DNA of 63,984 nt, the filler included, from Octopus bimaculoides (lineage: Eukaryota), in the NCBI RefSeq assembly GCF_001194135.2. It is 6 parts of 6 records of this genome, joined end to end, with 100 filler letters (N's around TTAATTAATTAA, not from the genome) between each part and the next. Parts side by side here need not be neighbours in the genome. Positions count along the whole stretch, not along the records: positions 1 to 9,993 come from NW_026426437.1; positions 10,094 to 26,279 come from NC_069000.1; 4 more parts are not named here. One strand, written 5' to 3'. Positions 1 to 11,062 of the stretch are shown here, one piece after another; position 1 is the first letter of the stretch, and the number at the start of each line of letters is the position of its first letter. The notes beneath the pieces are model-generated. The model worked only from the letters and a program-made list of their open reading frames with translations. It was not told where the DNA came from and searched no databases. The position numbers were made by a program, and so were the translations under genes.

Positions 1-739
1 CTATATTATTAGCATTATTCTGCGATTGAGAATTTAAAATCACTTCTATATATATATACACATATCTACATCGTCGTCTGAATATTTGCAGTCTTTCTTT
101 TGCTCTATTTCCACGAATGAATACACTGTGTATCCAAACCCAAGCAATTTTATTTGCATCGTTATCTCCATATCTGCTCACCTGGATTCCTCTTTTACCT
201 GCTCTTTACCCCCATCAACTCAGTCCTAGGTAAAGGCCTTAGAGTAAGAGTTCAAATCCTTTGAGTGCCCTTAAGTACTTTCTATACTGAGCATCATGGC
301 ATCTCATCAGCTGGTCCTCTCTCCCTACATATTATATATATATTAGTTAAAGAGGACAACAAACATTAAGGCAAGGCAAACATCACAAGTCAAAGACATT
401 ATCATTATTATTATTAGAAAAAGATTTTTCCAATAATAAAATTGTATATGACTTGAGATGTTTGACATTCCCATACACTATTTACCTACCATGAACACAA
501 TATCCTATTTGCTTGTATAAAACCATTTGCAAAAAAGCATATTTCTATGTGAATGTATTTCATTAGAATAAAATGTTGACTACATTTTTAGTGTACAGTA
601 ACTGTATGTATATATATATATATGTCCACAGCTAGCCACCTACACTTTTCCATGCAAAACGGGGGTAGTTTATCCTGTTCAGGCTATATTATTAGCATTA
701 TTCTGCGATTGAGAATTTATAATCACTTCTTTAACTTTC

Positions 740-1470
740 TAAAAGACATCTGGGTCTTCTTCTCTAGCAGAACATAATGCCAAAGTCTCAGTCATTGCTT
801 CCATGAGGCCCAACTCTCCAAAGGACCTCAGCCACTTTGCCTCCGTGAGGCCAAATGCTCGAACATTGCTCTTTACACGCCACTGACATCGGTCCCAGTT
901 ACATGACACCAACACCAGCCATGACATGGCTTGATGGCTCTTCTCAAGCCTAGCATATCACCAAAGGTCTCCGTCACTAATCATTGCCTCTGTGAGGCTC
1001 AAAGTTCAAAGATTATGCGTCACCACTGTGTCCCGTATCTTCCTGGGTCTACCTCTACCACAGGTTCCCTCCACAGTTTTACATAGCTGTCCTCGTCTAT
1101 ATGCATGACATGACCATACCAGCGCAGTCGTCTCTCTTGCACACCACATCCGATGCCTCCTACGCCCAGCTTGCCTCTCAAGACACTTATACTCTGTCAT
1201 ACATGCACATTGGCATTGCACACCCAGCAGATGCCCTTCCTAAGGCTAACCACTCCAAGAATGCAATGGGTTCTTTCATGTGCCACTGTCACTTGTGCCA
1301 GTTGTACGATACTAATATCTGCCATGACTAGGATTTCGTTTGGTTTGAAGGGTTTTCTTCTCAAGCATGACATCTCACCCAAAGGACCCTGTCATTTGTC
1401 ATTGCCCCATGGGGCCCAATGCTCAAAGGGTGATTTTTACGTTCCACCAGCATCGGCCATGTTGCCGCGG
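740..1470 (-). mobile_element. RTE-clade LINE, decayed 3' part of ORF2 with repeated tail pieces
   Basis: Minus strand reads, across frameshifts, GCGVQERRLRWYGHVMHIDEDSYVK...VEGTCGRGRPRKIRDTVVTHNL*TLSLTEAMISDGDLW, matching the RTE ORF2 C-terminus (LRWYGHV..GRPRKTW). The LGLTEAMT-like motif recurs near 780-860. Boundaries approximate. Confidence 0.8.
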
Positions 1471-2954
1471 TGATAGAGAGAGAGGGAGGATGAAGAGAGT
1501 AGAGAGAGGTGTAAAATGAAAGAGAGGGAGTAGAGAGAGACATAGAGAATGTGAGAGAGGGAAAAGTAGAGAGAAAGAGGGTAAAAGAGAAAAGAACATT
1601 GAGAAGGAGAGAAAGATGGGGAAGGAAAGGAGAAACATAAATGAACGAGGTAAAGAGTGACAGTGGGAGGGAGACTAGTGTGATATAGGATGAAAGAGGG
1701 GGGGGGGAAGTAGAGAGTGACTATACAGAGAGATGCTAAGAGACTGAGAGATAAAGTGAGAGAGAGAGAGAGAGAGGGAAACCATAAAGAGAAAGGATTT
1801 GGTTTAATTTCTTCCAACCACTTAAAATATTTCAAATTTTATTTTGCTTTCAGTTTTTTCAAGTCACATCCTTGTAGAAGTTTTCTGTGATGATGTAATT
1901 GTTTTCTATGCGGTAAGAANNNNNNNNNNNNNNNNNNNNNNNNNNNNNNNNNNNNNNNNNNNNNNNNNNNNNNNNNNNNNNNNNNNNNNNNNNNNNNNNN
2001 NNNNNNNNNNNNNNNNNNNNNNNNNNNNNNNNNNNNNNNNNNNNNNNNNNNNNNNNNNNNNNNNNNNNNNNNNNNNNNNNNNNNNNNNNNNNNNNNNNNN
2101 NNNNNNNNNNNNNNNNNNNNNNNNNNNNNNNNNNNNNNNNNNNNNNNNNNNNNNNNNNNNNNNNNNNNNNNNNNNNNNNNNNNNNNNNNNNNNNNNNNNN
2201 NNNNNNNNNNNNNNNNNNNNNNNNNNNNNNNNNNNNNNNNNNNNNNNNNNNNNNNNNNNNNNNNNNNNNNNNNNNNNNNNNNNNNNNNNNNNNNNNNNNN
2301 NNNNNNNNNNNNNNNNNNNNNNNNNNNNNNNNNNNNNNNNNNNNNNNNNNNNNNNNNNNNNNNNNNNNNNNNNNNNNNNNNNNNNNNNNNNNNNNNNNNN
2401 NNNNNNNNNNNNNNNNNNNNNNNNNNNNNNNNNNNNNNNNNNNNNNNNNNNNNNNNNNNNNNNNNNNNNNNNNNNNNNNNNNNNNNNNNNNNNNNNNNNN
2501 NNNNNNNNNNNNNNNNNNNNNNNNNNNNNNNNNNNNNNNNNNNNNNNNNNNNNNNNNNNNNNNNNNNNNNNNNNNNNNNNNNNNNNNNNNNNNNNNNNNN
2601 NNNNNNNNNNNNNNNNNNNNNNNNNNNNNNNNNNNNNNNNNNNNNNNNNNNNNNNNNNNNNNNNNNNNNNNNNNNNNNNNNNNNNNNNNNNNNNNNNNNN
2701 NNNNNNNNNNNNNNNNNNNNNNNNNNNNNNNNNNNNNNNNNNNNNNNNNNNNNNNNNNNNNNNNNNNNNNNNNNNNNNNNNNNNNNNNNNNNNNNNNNNN
2801 NNNNNCAGTAGTGAACTCTGCTCATTATTGAGTTGAGGTATTCGTCAGCCAGGTAATTAATTGAATTGAAGATCGCGTTTCTATATTGAAAAAAAAAAAA
2901 AAAAAATGTTGATGGGCAACAGATTTTTTTAAAAAGTGGGGGGGGGGGCACCGG

Positions 2955-2976
2955 AAGAAAAGGTTGGGAAACACTG
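2955..2976 (-). mobile_element. hAT (Charlie-like) MITE terminus; other end lost in the upstream gap
   Basis: Reverse complement CAGTGTTTCCCAACCTTTT resembles the CAGTGKTTCCCAACC TIR of hAT-Charlie MITEs. Partner TIR not visible. Confidence 0.4.
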
Positions 2977-3399
2977 AGCTGGAGTGTATGCCACCAGCGG
3001 TGGCCCTTATGTTTGCCACCCACCCCCCAAAAAAACATTACCTACAACACCCAAAAGTGCCCCTTTAAAAGTGTCACCTGGGGGAGACTGTTCCTACCGC
3101 CCCCTTCTTAATTAAGTGGAGAGTAGAGGCAGGGGGAGAAAGAGAGAGACTACAGTTGAAATATGGTAAGAAAACATGGTTTTAGCAAAGTTATCTGGTT
3201 CAAAGAAATCAAGCTTACTGACTAATCACCAAACCTGACCTGTTCTAGCACTGCTATCTCTAGCAGTTGAGTGTCCATCACTGAGAAGGCCAAGAAAAGT
3301 TGAAACCACCTGGGCTGGTGGTAGCAGGGATTTTGCACCTAAAGACAATATGAGAGTGTCTCTCAGGGTGACCACCACAGTAAAGTTTATCCCAACATG

Positions 3400-3780
3400 T
3401 GATGCAAATGGAAACGGACTGCTCCTTAAAGAAGTGCCCATCTCTGCTATCTCTCACATGTTCCATGATGGAATACGTGGAAGTAGGGGACCCAAGAAGA
3501 CATGGGATAAAGTGCTGAAAGAACAACGCTGCACCTTTCGAGCAAGATGACAAAGGGACCAAAATGTCTAGCGCTTTGCTGTGCTGAAAAAGACCTGTAC
3601 TCCACAGCAGAAATGTTAAAACTGGTCCCTCTGAGACACAAAAAGCACTTAGTACACTCTGTAAGGGATTGGCATTAGGAAGGGCATCCAACTGTAGAAA
3701 CCATGCCAAATAAGACTGGAGTTTGGAGCAGCTCCCTGGTTTTCCAGTTCTGGTCAAATCGGCCATGTGAGCACGGACTT
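3400..3780 (+). mobile_element. RTE-clade LINE 3' fragment with 3' UTR
   Basis: Reads GIRGSRGPKKTWDKVLKE (GRPRKTW motif), then AAGGGCATCCAACTGTAGAAACC...CATGTGAGCACGGAC, a typical RTE-type 3' tail. Confidence 0.65.
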
Positions 3781-3801
3781 TAAATTATGATGATATATAT
3801 A

Positions 3802-3960
3802 TCTTCGAAACGTCTAGTTAGAATAGAGGCAGCTGACGAAGGAATTATTCCAAGTGGCTATCTGTTTCCTATGTGTTCGTTCCGTTGTCTGTAGTCCATT
3901 GTTCTAACGTCCTTGTACCCTGATATGCATCTATATACACATGTAGATGTAAGTATGTAC
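3802..3960 (+). mobile_element. Terminal repeat homologous to the 59.9 kb element (Penelope-like pLTR, inferred), degenerate hammerhead-like core
   Basis: TCTTCGAAACG, 21-nt spacer after GAAAC, GGCAGCTGACGAAGGA, then a tail ..TGTACCC..ATATGCATCTATAT..ACATGTAGATG..GTATGTAC colinear with 59911-60075. Confidence 0.5.
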
Positions 3961-4011
3961 ATATATATGTGTATACATGCATATATATTCTTTGTATTAT
4001 ATATATACATA

Positions 4012-4147
4012 TATACGACAGGCTTCTTTCAGTTTCCGTCTACCAAATCCACTCACAAGGCTTTGGTCGGTCCGAGGCTATAGTAGAAGACACTTGCCCA
4101 AGGTGCCACGCAGTGGGACTGAACCGAGAACCATGTGGATGGGAAGG
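4012..4147 (-). mobile_element. tRNA-derived SINE, family 1, 5' half
   Basis: RC contains the B-box-like GGTTCAGTCCCACTGCGTGG then CCTTGGGCAAGTGTCTTCTACTATAGCC. Homologous to 15940-16090. Confidence 0.85.
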
Positions 4148-6309
4148 CATGTAAAAGACAATTTATTTTAATAGCATATTTTCTGTTAGTAAATAGGATT
4201 TTTCTTACACACACACACACACACACTTGCTTGGTGCAGGGAAGGAGTTAGAATTTAAATTACTAAAAGTGTATTTTTCTTAAATCTCTGCAATGGATCA
4301 CCGTTGGACGCATCGCCATTCCATTAAATGTGTTTATGGGGAGAAATGTATTGAAAGATATCAATACATGTCCAAAGTGACAAAGAAACTAGGAAGGTAT
4401 CAGACAGTCATGGGATACGCTAAAAACAACAGCTAAATCTCCCTTTAATCACATACCTTTTTCCTCTGGAAATTGGTTTGGAAATAATAAACAATTGGCA
4501 GATTTAAGCTGTCCATATTTCAAAACTATGATTTCGAGAAAGAGTGGAAATTTTAGAATTTACGGGAGAGGGGAGGGGTTAAATATGTGTAGAAGGCAAA
4601 GCAAATTCTCACAACTTTTGTGGAAATTCCCCAACATAAAAAAAAAATTGATGAGGAATTATGAGATGCTAAAACCACAATTCTGACTTTGATATGTTTT
4701 TTTTTTTTCAATTTTTTTTATCAGAAACTTATTTTTTCAAATCGTATTTTGTCTGTTTGGCTAACCAAACGTGTGTGGCTGTATTGAACAGACAGACACG
4801 CTTTGAAACTTAAAACTACGAGGAATTTGAATCAAACTGTTTTGATCCATACATGTAACTCCCAATACCTGTGTCCAGTGCCCTTCTTTTGTCTGTCCCC
4901 TAAACTCTCTCTCTCTCGCGTTCAAAGCAGAGTNNNNNNNNNNNNNNNNNNNNNNNNNNNNNNNNNNNNNNNNNNNNNNNNNNNNNNNNNNNNNNNNNNN
5001 NNNNNNNNNNNNNNNNNNNNNNNNNNNNNNNNNNNNNNNNNNNNNNNNNNNNNNNNNNNNNNNNNNNNNNNNNNNNNNNNNNNNNNNNNNNNNNNNNNNN
5101 NNNNNNNNNNNNNNNNNNNNNNNNNNNNNNNNNNNNNNNNNNNNNNNNNNNNNNNNNNNNNNNNNNNNNNNNNNNNNNNNNNNNNNNNNNNNNNNNNNNN
5201 NNNNNNNNNNNNNNNNNNNNNNNNNNNNNNNNNNNNNNNNNNNNNNNNNNNNNNNNNNNNNNNNNNNNNNNNNNNNNNNNNNNNNNNNNNNNNNNNNNNN
5301 NNNNNNNNNNNNNNNNNNNNNNNNNNNNNNNNNNNNNNNNNNNNNNNNNNNNNNNNNNNNNNNNNNNNNNNNNNNNNNNNNNNNNNNNNNNNNNNNNNNN
5401 NNNNNNNNNNNNNNNNNNNNNNNNNNNCGAAATTTTGAAATTGAGATTTTTGAAAATTTTTTTTCAGAATCGGAATCTCCATAGCCTAAAACGTAGGATT
5501 CCGTAAAAAAAAAAAAAAAGTAGGGAAAGGTTCAGATTACATATAGTCCATCTGGACCATATATATGTCCCTATCTTGTCGGAAATCCCTCTATCCAGCC
5601 TTCTGTCATGAAGTCTTTACGTTAATCTATATACATATGTATACACACACACACTCAGACATACATACGTAGAGAGTAAGATTACATGAATGAGGGAGGC
5701 TGGATATGCAACGAGAAGGGCAGCAGATGCTCCAATAAAATGTATACAAATATTCACAGGTGTGTATATATATCTATAATATTAAAAATGAAGTAAAAAA
5801 AAATCTCGAAACAGCTTAGATCGAGAAAAAAAGACAGAAAAAGGGGGTAGCAAGCAGCTACAGAAAATCGAACTCTGTACCTCTTTGATCGCAGCATCTG
5901 ACAAAGAGATGAGGGGAAAAGAAATAGAGAAGGAGGGCAAAAAAGCGAGAGAGTAGGAGGGAAGAATGGGAAGAAGATAGGGAGAGAGGAGGAGAAATAA
6001 AGCAATAGAGGGGGAGGGAAGGAGTAAGAGAGGAGGAGGAAAGGTACAAGAGAGAAAGAAAATATAAGAGAGGGGGAGGAGAGAGAGAAACATATTCAAC
6101 GAAAACATTTAAACTGTGATCTTGTGAATTCTACGTTCACACGAAAATGGTTTTAGTGAAATCAATTGAAATACACTCGTGAGAAAAACAATGTATACAC
6201 GTGTATGTGCTATATACACGTATATATTTGCGTGTATGTACTATATATATATATATATGTTGGGTACTACTAAAGCAGCACGGACCCGAACGCGCAGTCG
6301 CGCGTCCGG

Positions 6310-6410
6310 GCTAGCTAGTCTTGAGTGGTCGATCCTAACCCTCACCCGCGTGTGCAAATGAATACGTGTTTAGGGTTAGGGTTAGGATCGACCACTCACG
6401 ACTAGCTAGC
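6310..6410. repeat. 38-bp inverted repeat (2 mismatches, 25-nt loop) containing TTAGGG/CCCTAA units
   Basis: 6310-6347 GCTAGCTAGTCTTGAGTGGTCGATCCTAACCCTCACCC is the reverse complement of 6373-6410. The right arm runs into an N gap. Confidence 0.9.
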
Positions 6411-6744
6411 GNNNNNNNNNNNNNNNNNNNNNNNNNNNNNNNNNNNNNNNNNNNNNNNNNNNNNNNNNNNNNNNNNNNNNNNNNNNNNNNNNNNNNNNNN
6501 NNNNNNNNNNNNNNNNNNNNNNNNNNNNNNNNNNNNNNNNNNNNNNNNNNNNNNNNNNNNNNNNNNNNNNNNNNNNNNNNNNNNNNNNNNNNNNNNNNNN
6601 NNNNNNNNNNNNNNNNNNNNNNNNNNNNNNNNNNNNNNNNNNNNNNNNNNNNNNNNNNNNNNNNNNNNNNNNNNNNNNNNNNNNNNNNNNNNNNNNNNNN
6701 NNNNNNNNNNNNNNNNNNNNNNNNNNNNNNNNNNNNNNNNNNNN

Positions 6745-6795
<51 letters not shown>

Positions 6796-7175
6796 TATAC
6801 TAGCTAATTATAGTGAATTCAATTATAGAGGACGAATGTATCCTACACATGCGTGTGTATATATAAATATATAAAGAGAGAGAGGGGGGATAGGTCTTAC
6901 TGATATCTGTTTAATGAAAGTTTACATATGTATGTACACACACGGTGAGATGTTACATAGGGATGAATATACACTCGTCTTTGATCGTGTATGTGTGTGT
7001 ATATATATATATATGAAAGAGAAACAGGTTTTCACTGACGTCTTCTACACACGCATGTGGATCTGTACTGGATGAGTGGGAATGAGGGACGAATATATAT
7101 ATATAGATATATACACATCATAAACGAGTGTGTAGATCATATATGGGTGGGTGTGTTGAGAGAGGGAGAATACAG

Positions 7176-7377
7176 TGTGAAAAGTTGTTTTTTACCAATG
7201 TCGTCTGGTTCAATGAATTCAAAGCTACTGGAAATTTCTTCCCGCATCTGAGCCAAGCCGATAGTACTCCCTTCTATGATGTCAAAAGAGGACTGATAGA
7301 ACCGGATAACTGTACCAATATACAATTGAATTTCTATAAAGCTGCCCGGGTCCGTCCTATTAGGTTGCTAACATTTG
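7176..7377 (+). other. Possible host-gene exon, product unknown (antisense frame also open)
   Basis: Non-repetitive island with open frame CEKLFFTNVVWFNEFKATGNFFPHL...RPIRLLTF ending at a consensus donor TTTG|GTAAGT. The acceptor is weak and no family is recognised. Confidence 0.25.
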
Positions 7378-8635
7378 GTAAGTGATTATTTGGCGATTAC
7401 AAGGCCTGGTTAGTGGGTTACTATAGCGTCGGAGAAACAACGTGTAGTATGTAATATGTTGCGCATAGTGATTTAATAGAACCGGCGGTAGTTAGTGGTC
7501 GGCTGCAGAAGAGGTGATGGGGGCGCAGAGATAACGACGTAGTGGGAGGCAGGGCATAAATTAGCTGTTGGCGATAGGGTTGATGGTGGGAGTAGGAGTA
7601 AGGAGGAAATGGACGCGGTGGTAGGAGTAGTTGATAGTGAAGAGGGTGTTGTAGAGTGTTGGTGGTAGGAGGAGTGATACTAAGGGGATGGCGAAGAATT
7701 AGGTAGTTAAGAGAGGGGGGTGCCCTTCAAATGTTTCTTTGAGATGACGAAAGATACGTCGAGGACAATGAACAAACAGAAAGAGGGACAGAACCAGGAA
7801 TAGGAGGGGGAAGAGAAAAATGATTACAGTGAGAGAGGGGGAGGAAGGTTAGAGTTAAAGAGTGAATGACCAATGTCCGAGCGAAACACGAAGATAAAGG
7901 AGGAGGGAGTGAAATAAAAAGGGTGAATGACCGAGGGAGGGGGTGAGACAATAGGAGGAGTAGAGGGTATAGGGCGAAGGTTAGGAGAAATAAGAGAGGA
8001 AGAGATATGTAGAGATTAGTGAGAGAGAGAGAGAAAAAAAGAAAGGAGAATGCGTAAGAAAAAGTATAGAGAAGTGAATGAAGGAAAAAGGAAAAGGAGA
8101 AAAGAAGAAGTAGAAGTAGAAAAGTGAGGAGTGGTGAGAGGGAAAATTACATAGAATGAGAGGAGGGGAGGTGGAGTAAGTTGTACAAGAGAGGAGTAAC
8201 CCTGTTTGGTCGTGTACGTGTGACTTCTCTTTTGTGTGTGTGTGTGTGCGTGCGGGCGCGCACGTAATTTTGCGTAGTACATGTGTGTACGCGTGTTATT
8301 GTGTTGTATGGACTTATCTACGTATGAACAAGCAGAACATAAGCAATTTTATGTATGTATGTATGATCGAAAGGCTCCGAATTTCCGTACTCCGAGTTGC
8401 TCGTTTCCAATCATCAGTTGGTAAACCGAGTCTGGTTTTCTTATACGAAATGAAAGTCTGAAGGAAGTTTCCTGAAAATCGGAACCTTTGAGCTGTAATG
8501 AAAAAGAATGCTCTACATTATTTATTGAGTCTTGTAATTTATCGCTTCTGTTGAATCAACAAATAAATATATACATATGTACGTACGTGTCTATACATAG
8601 ACACAGAATAACCATTTATACACAAAAGATCAGAC

Positions 8636-8638
8636 ATT

Positions 8639-8672
<34 letters not shown>

Positions 8673-8970
8673 CAGGGAGACAGATAGATAGATAGATAGA
8701 CAGGAAGACAGACAGATAGATAGATAGATAGACAGGGAGACAGATAGATAGATAGACAGGAAGACAGACAGATAGATAGATAGACAGGAAGACAGATAGA
8801 TAGATAGACAGGAAGACAGACAGATAGGTAGATAGATAGATAGACAAACAGATATATAGATAGACAGGAAGACAGACAGATAGATAGATAGATAGATAGA
8901 CAGGAACACAGACAGATTGATAGATAGACAGATAGACAGACAGATAGATAGATTTATTTATAGATAGATA
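8636..8970. repeat. Compound (GATA)n/(GACA)n/GACAGGAA array
   Basis: GATA runs punctuated by GACAGG(A/G)AGACA roughly every 24-32 nt. Confidence 0.95.
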
Positions 8971-9960
8971 GATGTGTATGGGTGCGTGTGTGTGAGAAAC
9001 AGAGGGTACTACAAGAAAGTTAACGGTAAAACTTTGTTTTGTGTTCGTGTGTGTATGTATTTATATATTTGTGTGTGTGTGTGTTATCTATGTAACTGTA
9101 TATGGGTATATAAGAGAGGGGGGGGTATAAGGAAAGCGGGAAGGAAACTGTGTAAATATGATTTGAGGATCGGGCGCGCCCCTATGTGTGCGTGCTTGCG
9201 TATGTCTACGACTGTGTATGTGAGTGTGCGGATGTGTATGTGTGTAAATATTTGTCTTTCTATGTATCCTGTGAGTGAAAGAGAGAGAGAGAAAGAGAAA
9301 GAGAGAGTGATATATAAACAGTGAAGGGGGGAGCGTGCGTGCGCACGCAAGCAGTTCACGATACGACTTTGTCTCGTGTTTTGTGTGTATGTATGCGTGT
9401 GTATGTGTATGTATATGCGTGTGTATGTGCGTTAGTCTGATATGTGTATATCTGTGTGTGTCTCTGTGTGTGAATCGGTCTCTATCTACGTATCTGCGTG
9501 TATGGGCGAGGGTGATACAAGGGCAGAATGAAAGAAGGGGAGGAAATCTTGTGTGTGTGTGCCAATGTGTATGCGTATGTGTATGTTCGTGTGAGACGAC
9601 GATATAAACATAACGTGAAGGGAATGGCGGTACGCGCGTGCGCATCGTTACCGTCTGTAAGTGATACGAGGAAAGGGGAGGGAGGCAGGACGGGTTGTAT
9701 CTTTAGCCCTGGGTCAGCCTCAGTCGACCAGACCTTGGTACGCAATAACAAGGCGCTCCAACTATGACCTCGTGGCTTTCTTTTTTCCATATGCAGAGAA
9801 GCCGCTACGACATTAACCAACTTCTTCATGTGTTTTTCGTCGTTGTACAGGACGATTACAATGGTCTTCACTGCTATTTCTAGCCGATCTTGCGATCATC
9901 AAGTGGTTCCGCACGTTAGGTGTATAAAGTTTAAAGAAATGTAAGCGTAAGGTGTGTGTG

Positions 9961-9993
<33 letters not shown>

Positions 9994-10037
9994 NNNNNNN
10001 NNNNNNNNNNNNNNNNNNNNNNNNNNNNNNNNNNNNN

Positions 10038-10049
10038 TTAATTAATTAA
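10038..10049. other. Assembly linker TTAATTAATTAA inside N-runs (also 26324-26335, 37607-37618, 57229-57240, 61684-61695)
   Basis: Identical 12-mer embedded in ~44+44 N five times; it has stop codons in all six frames. Confidence 0.95.
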
Positions 10050-10104
10050 NNNNNNNNNNNNNNNNNNNNNNNNNNNNNNNNNNNNNNNNNNNNTATATAT
10101 ATGT

Positions 10105-10830
10105 GTAAATACGAGGTTTATTCTGGAAAAGAATACATAGCTGGATGCAACTTTTTTATAAGCTGACATAAGGCATTCAAATTGCATATGCTGGTGGTAT
10201 GACCGTTCCTCTAAACAGGTTCTACAGAACATAGTCTCCATTACAAACCAGCCATTTGTGCCATCCTTGAATCCAATTCTAGAATGCTTTTTGGGAAATC
10301 AGGTGTGCACATTTCTATCCACTTCCTGCTAAGACGATTGTTACTCCGACAAAAGTAGAATCTATCTTCTTAATATCCTTAACAGTGCAATTCAAAACCT
10401 CAAAAACAACTTCATTGAGTATAGTACACCCATCCCAAATTATCATTAACCACCGCTTTAGCATTTTTGCTGTTCTTGGTGTGTCAACAATTCTGATGTT
10501 TTAATGACATTTTAAATGCACTGTAAGCTGTTTAGATTAGGCGGTATTAATGTCAGCAATACACGAAGAGGAAACTACTGCTGCAATTTTCCCATCATTC
10601 TTTGCTTCAGTCAGCTGTAAGTGTATATCTCGATTTTTCCTTCCAGGTATGTCAAAAATGAAAATTATTCGTTTCTATTTTCCCAATTTGATGAACATTT
10701 CTGTTGAAGGTTCTTTGTGATAATCATGTGGCGTAGTTTCACTTCCAGCCATAAATCAGCATTGTAGCAGAGTTCTCATTGAACTTCTGCATTTGGGAAC
10801 TTGAGATCAGTTACCTTAAAGCAAATAATT
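10105..10830 (-). mobile_element. Helitron RepHel PIF1-helicase relic
   Basis: Minus strand in order: IFIFDIPGRK (decayed Walker A), GKIAAVVSSSCIA (cf. GKIALAVASSGIA), TAYSAFKM (cf. TAHSAFKL), LMIIWDGCT (cf. LIVWDECT), FVGVTIVLAG (cf. FGGVTVLLAGDF). Many stops and frameshifts. Confidence 0.75.
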
Positions 10831-10844
10831 TTTTATGCAATTGC

Positions 10845-11062
10845 AAGTCGACGAGCTGGCAGAATCGTTAGCACGCCGGGTAATTGTTTAGCGGTATTTC
10901 GTCCGTCTTTATGTTCTGAGTTCAAATTCCGCGGAGGCCAACTTCGCCTTTCAAGCTCTCGGGGTCGATAAAATAAATACCAGTTAAGCACTGAGGTCGA
11001 TCTGGTCGAGTTATCTCCCCCGCCCCGAAATCGCTGGCCTTGTGCCAAAATTTGAAACCAAC
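10845..11062 (+). mobile_element. tRNA-derived SINE, family 2 (GGCGAGCTGGCAGAA head)
   Basis: GAGCTGGCAGAATCGTTAGCACGCC...GTTCTGAGTTCAAATTCCGC...GGGGTCGATAAA...GGCCTTGTGCCAAAATTTGAAAC; many homologues in the window. Confidence 0.85.

Noticed and set aside
4700-5600. Possible DINE/Helentron-associated element around the 4.9-5.4 kb gap
   Set aside because: Only a short GACA run and general resemblance; termini are not definable across the gap.
8395-8420. Minus-strand CTGATGA-TTG-GAAAC
   Set aside because: Only 3 nt for stem II and no stem I or III; likely chance.
8636-8970. Regularly punctuated GATA array as a CRISPR-like structure
   Set aside because: No unique spacers; it is a compound microsatellite in a eukaryotic context.
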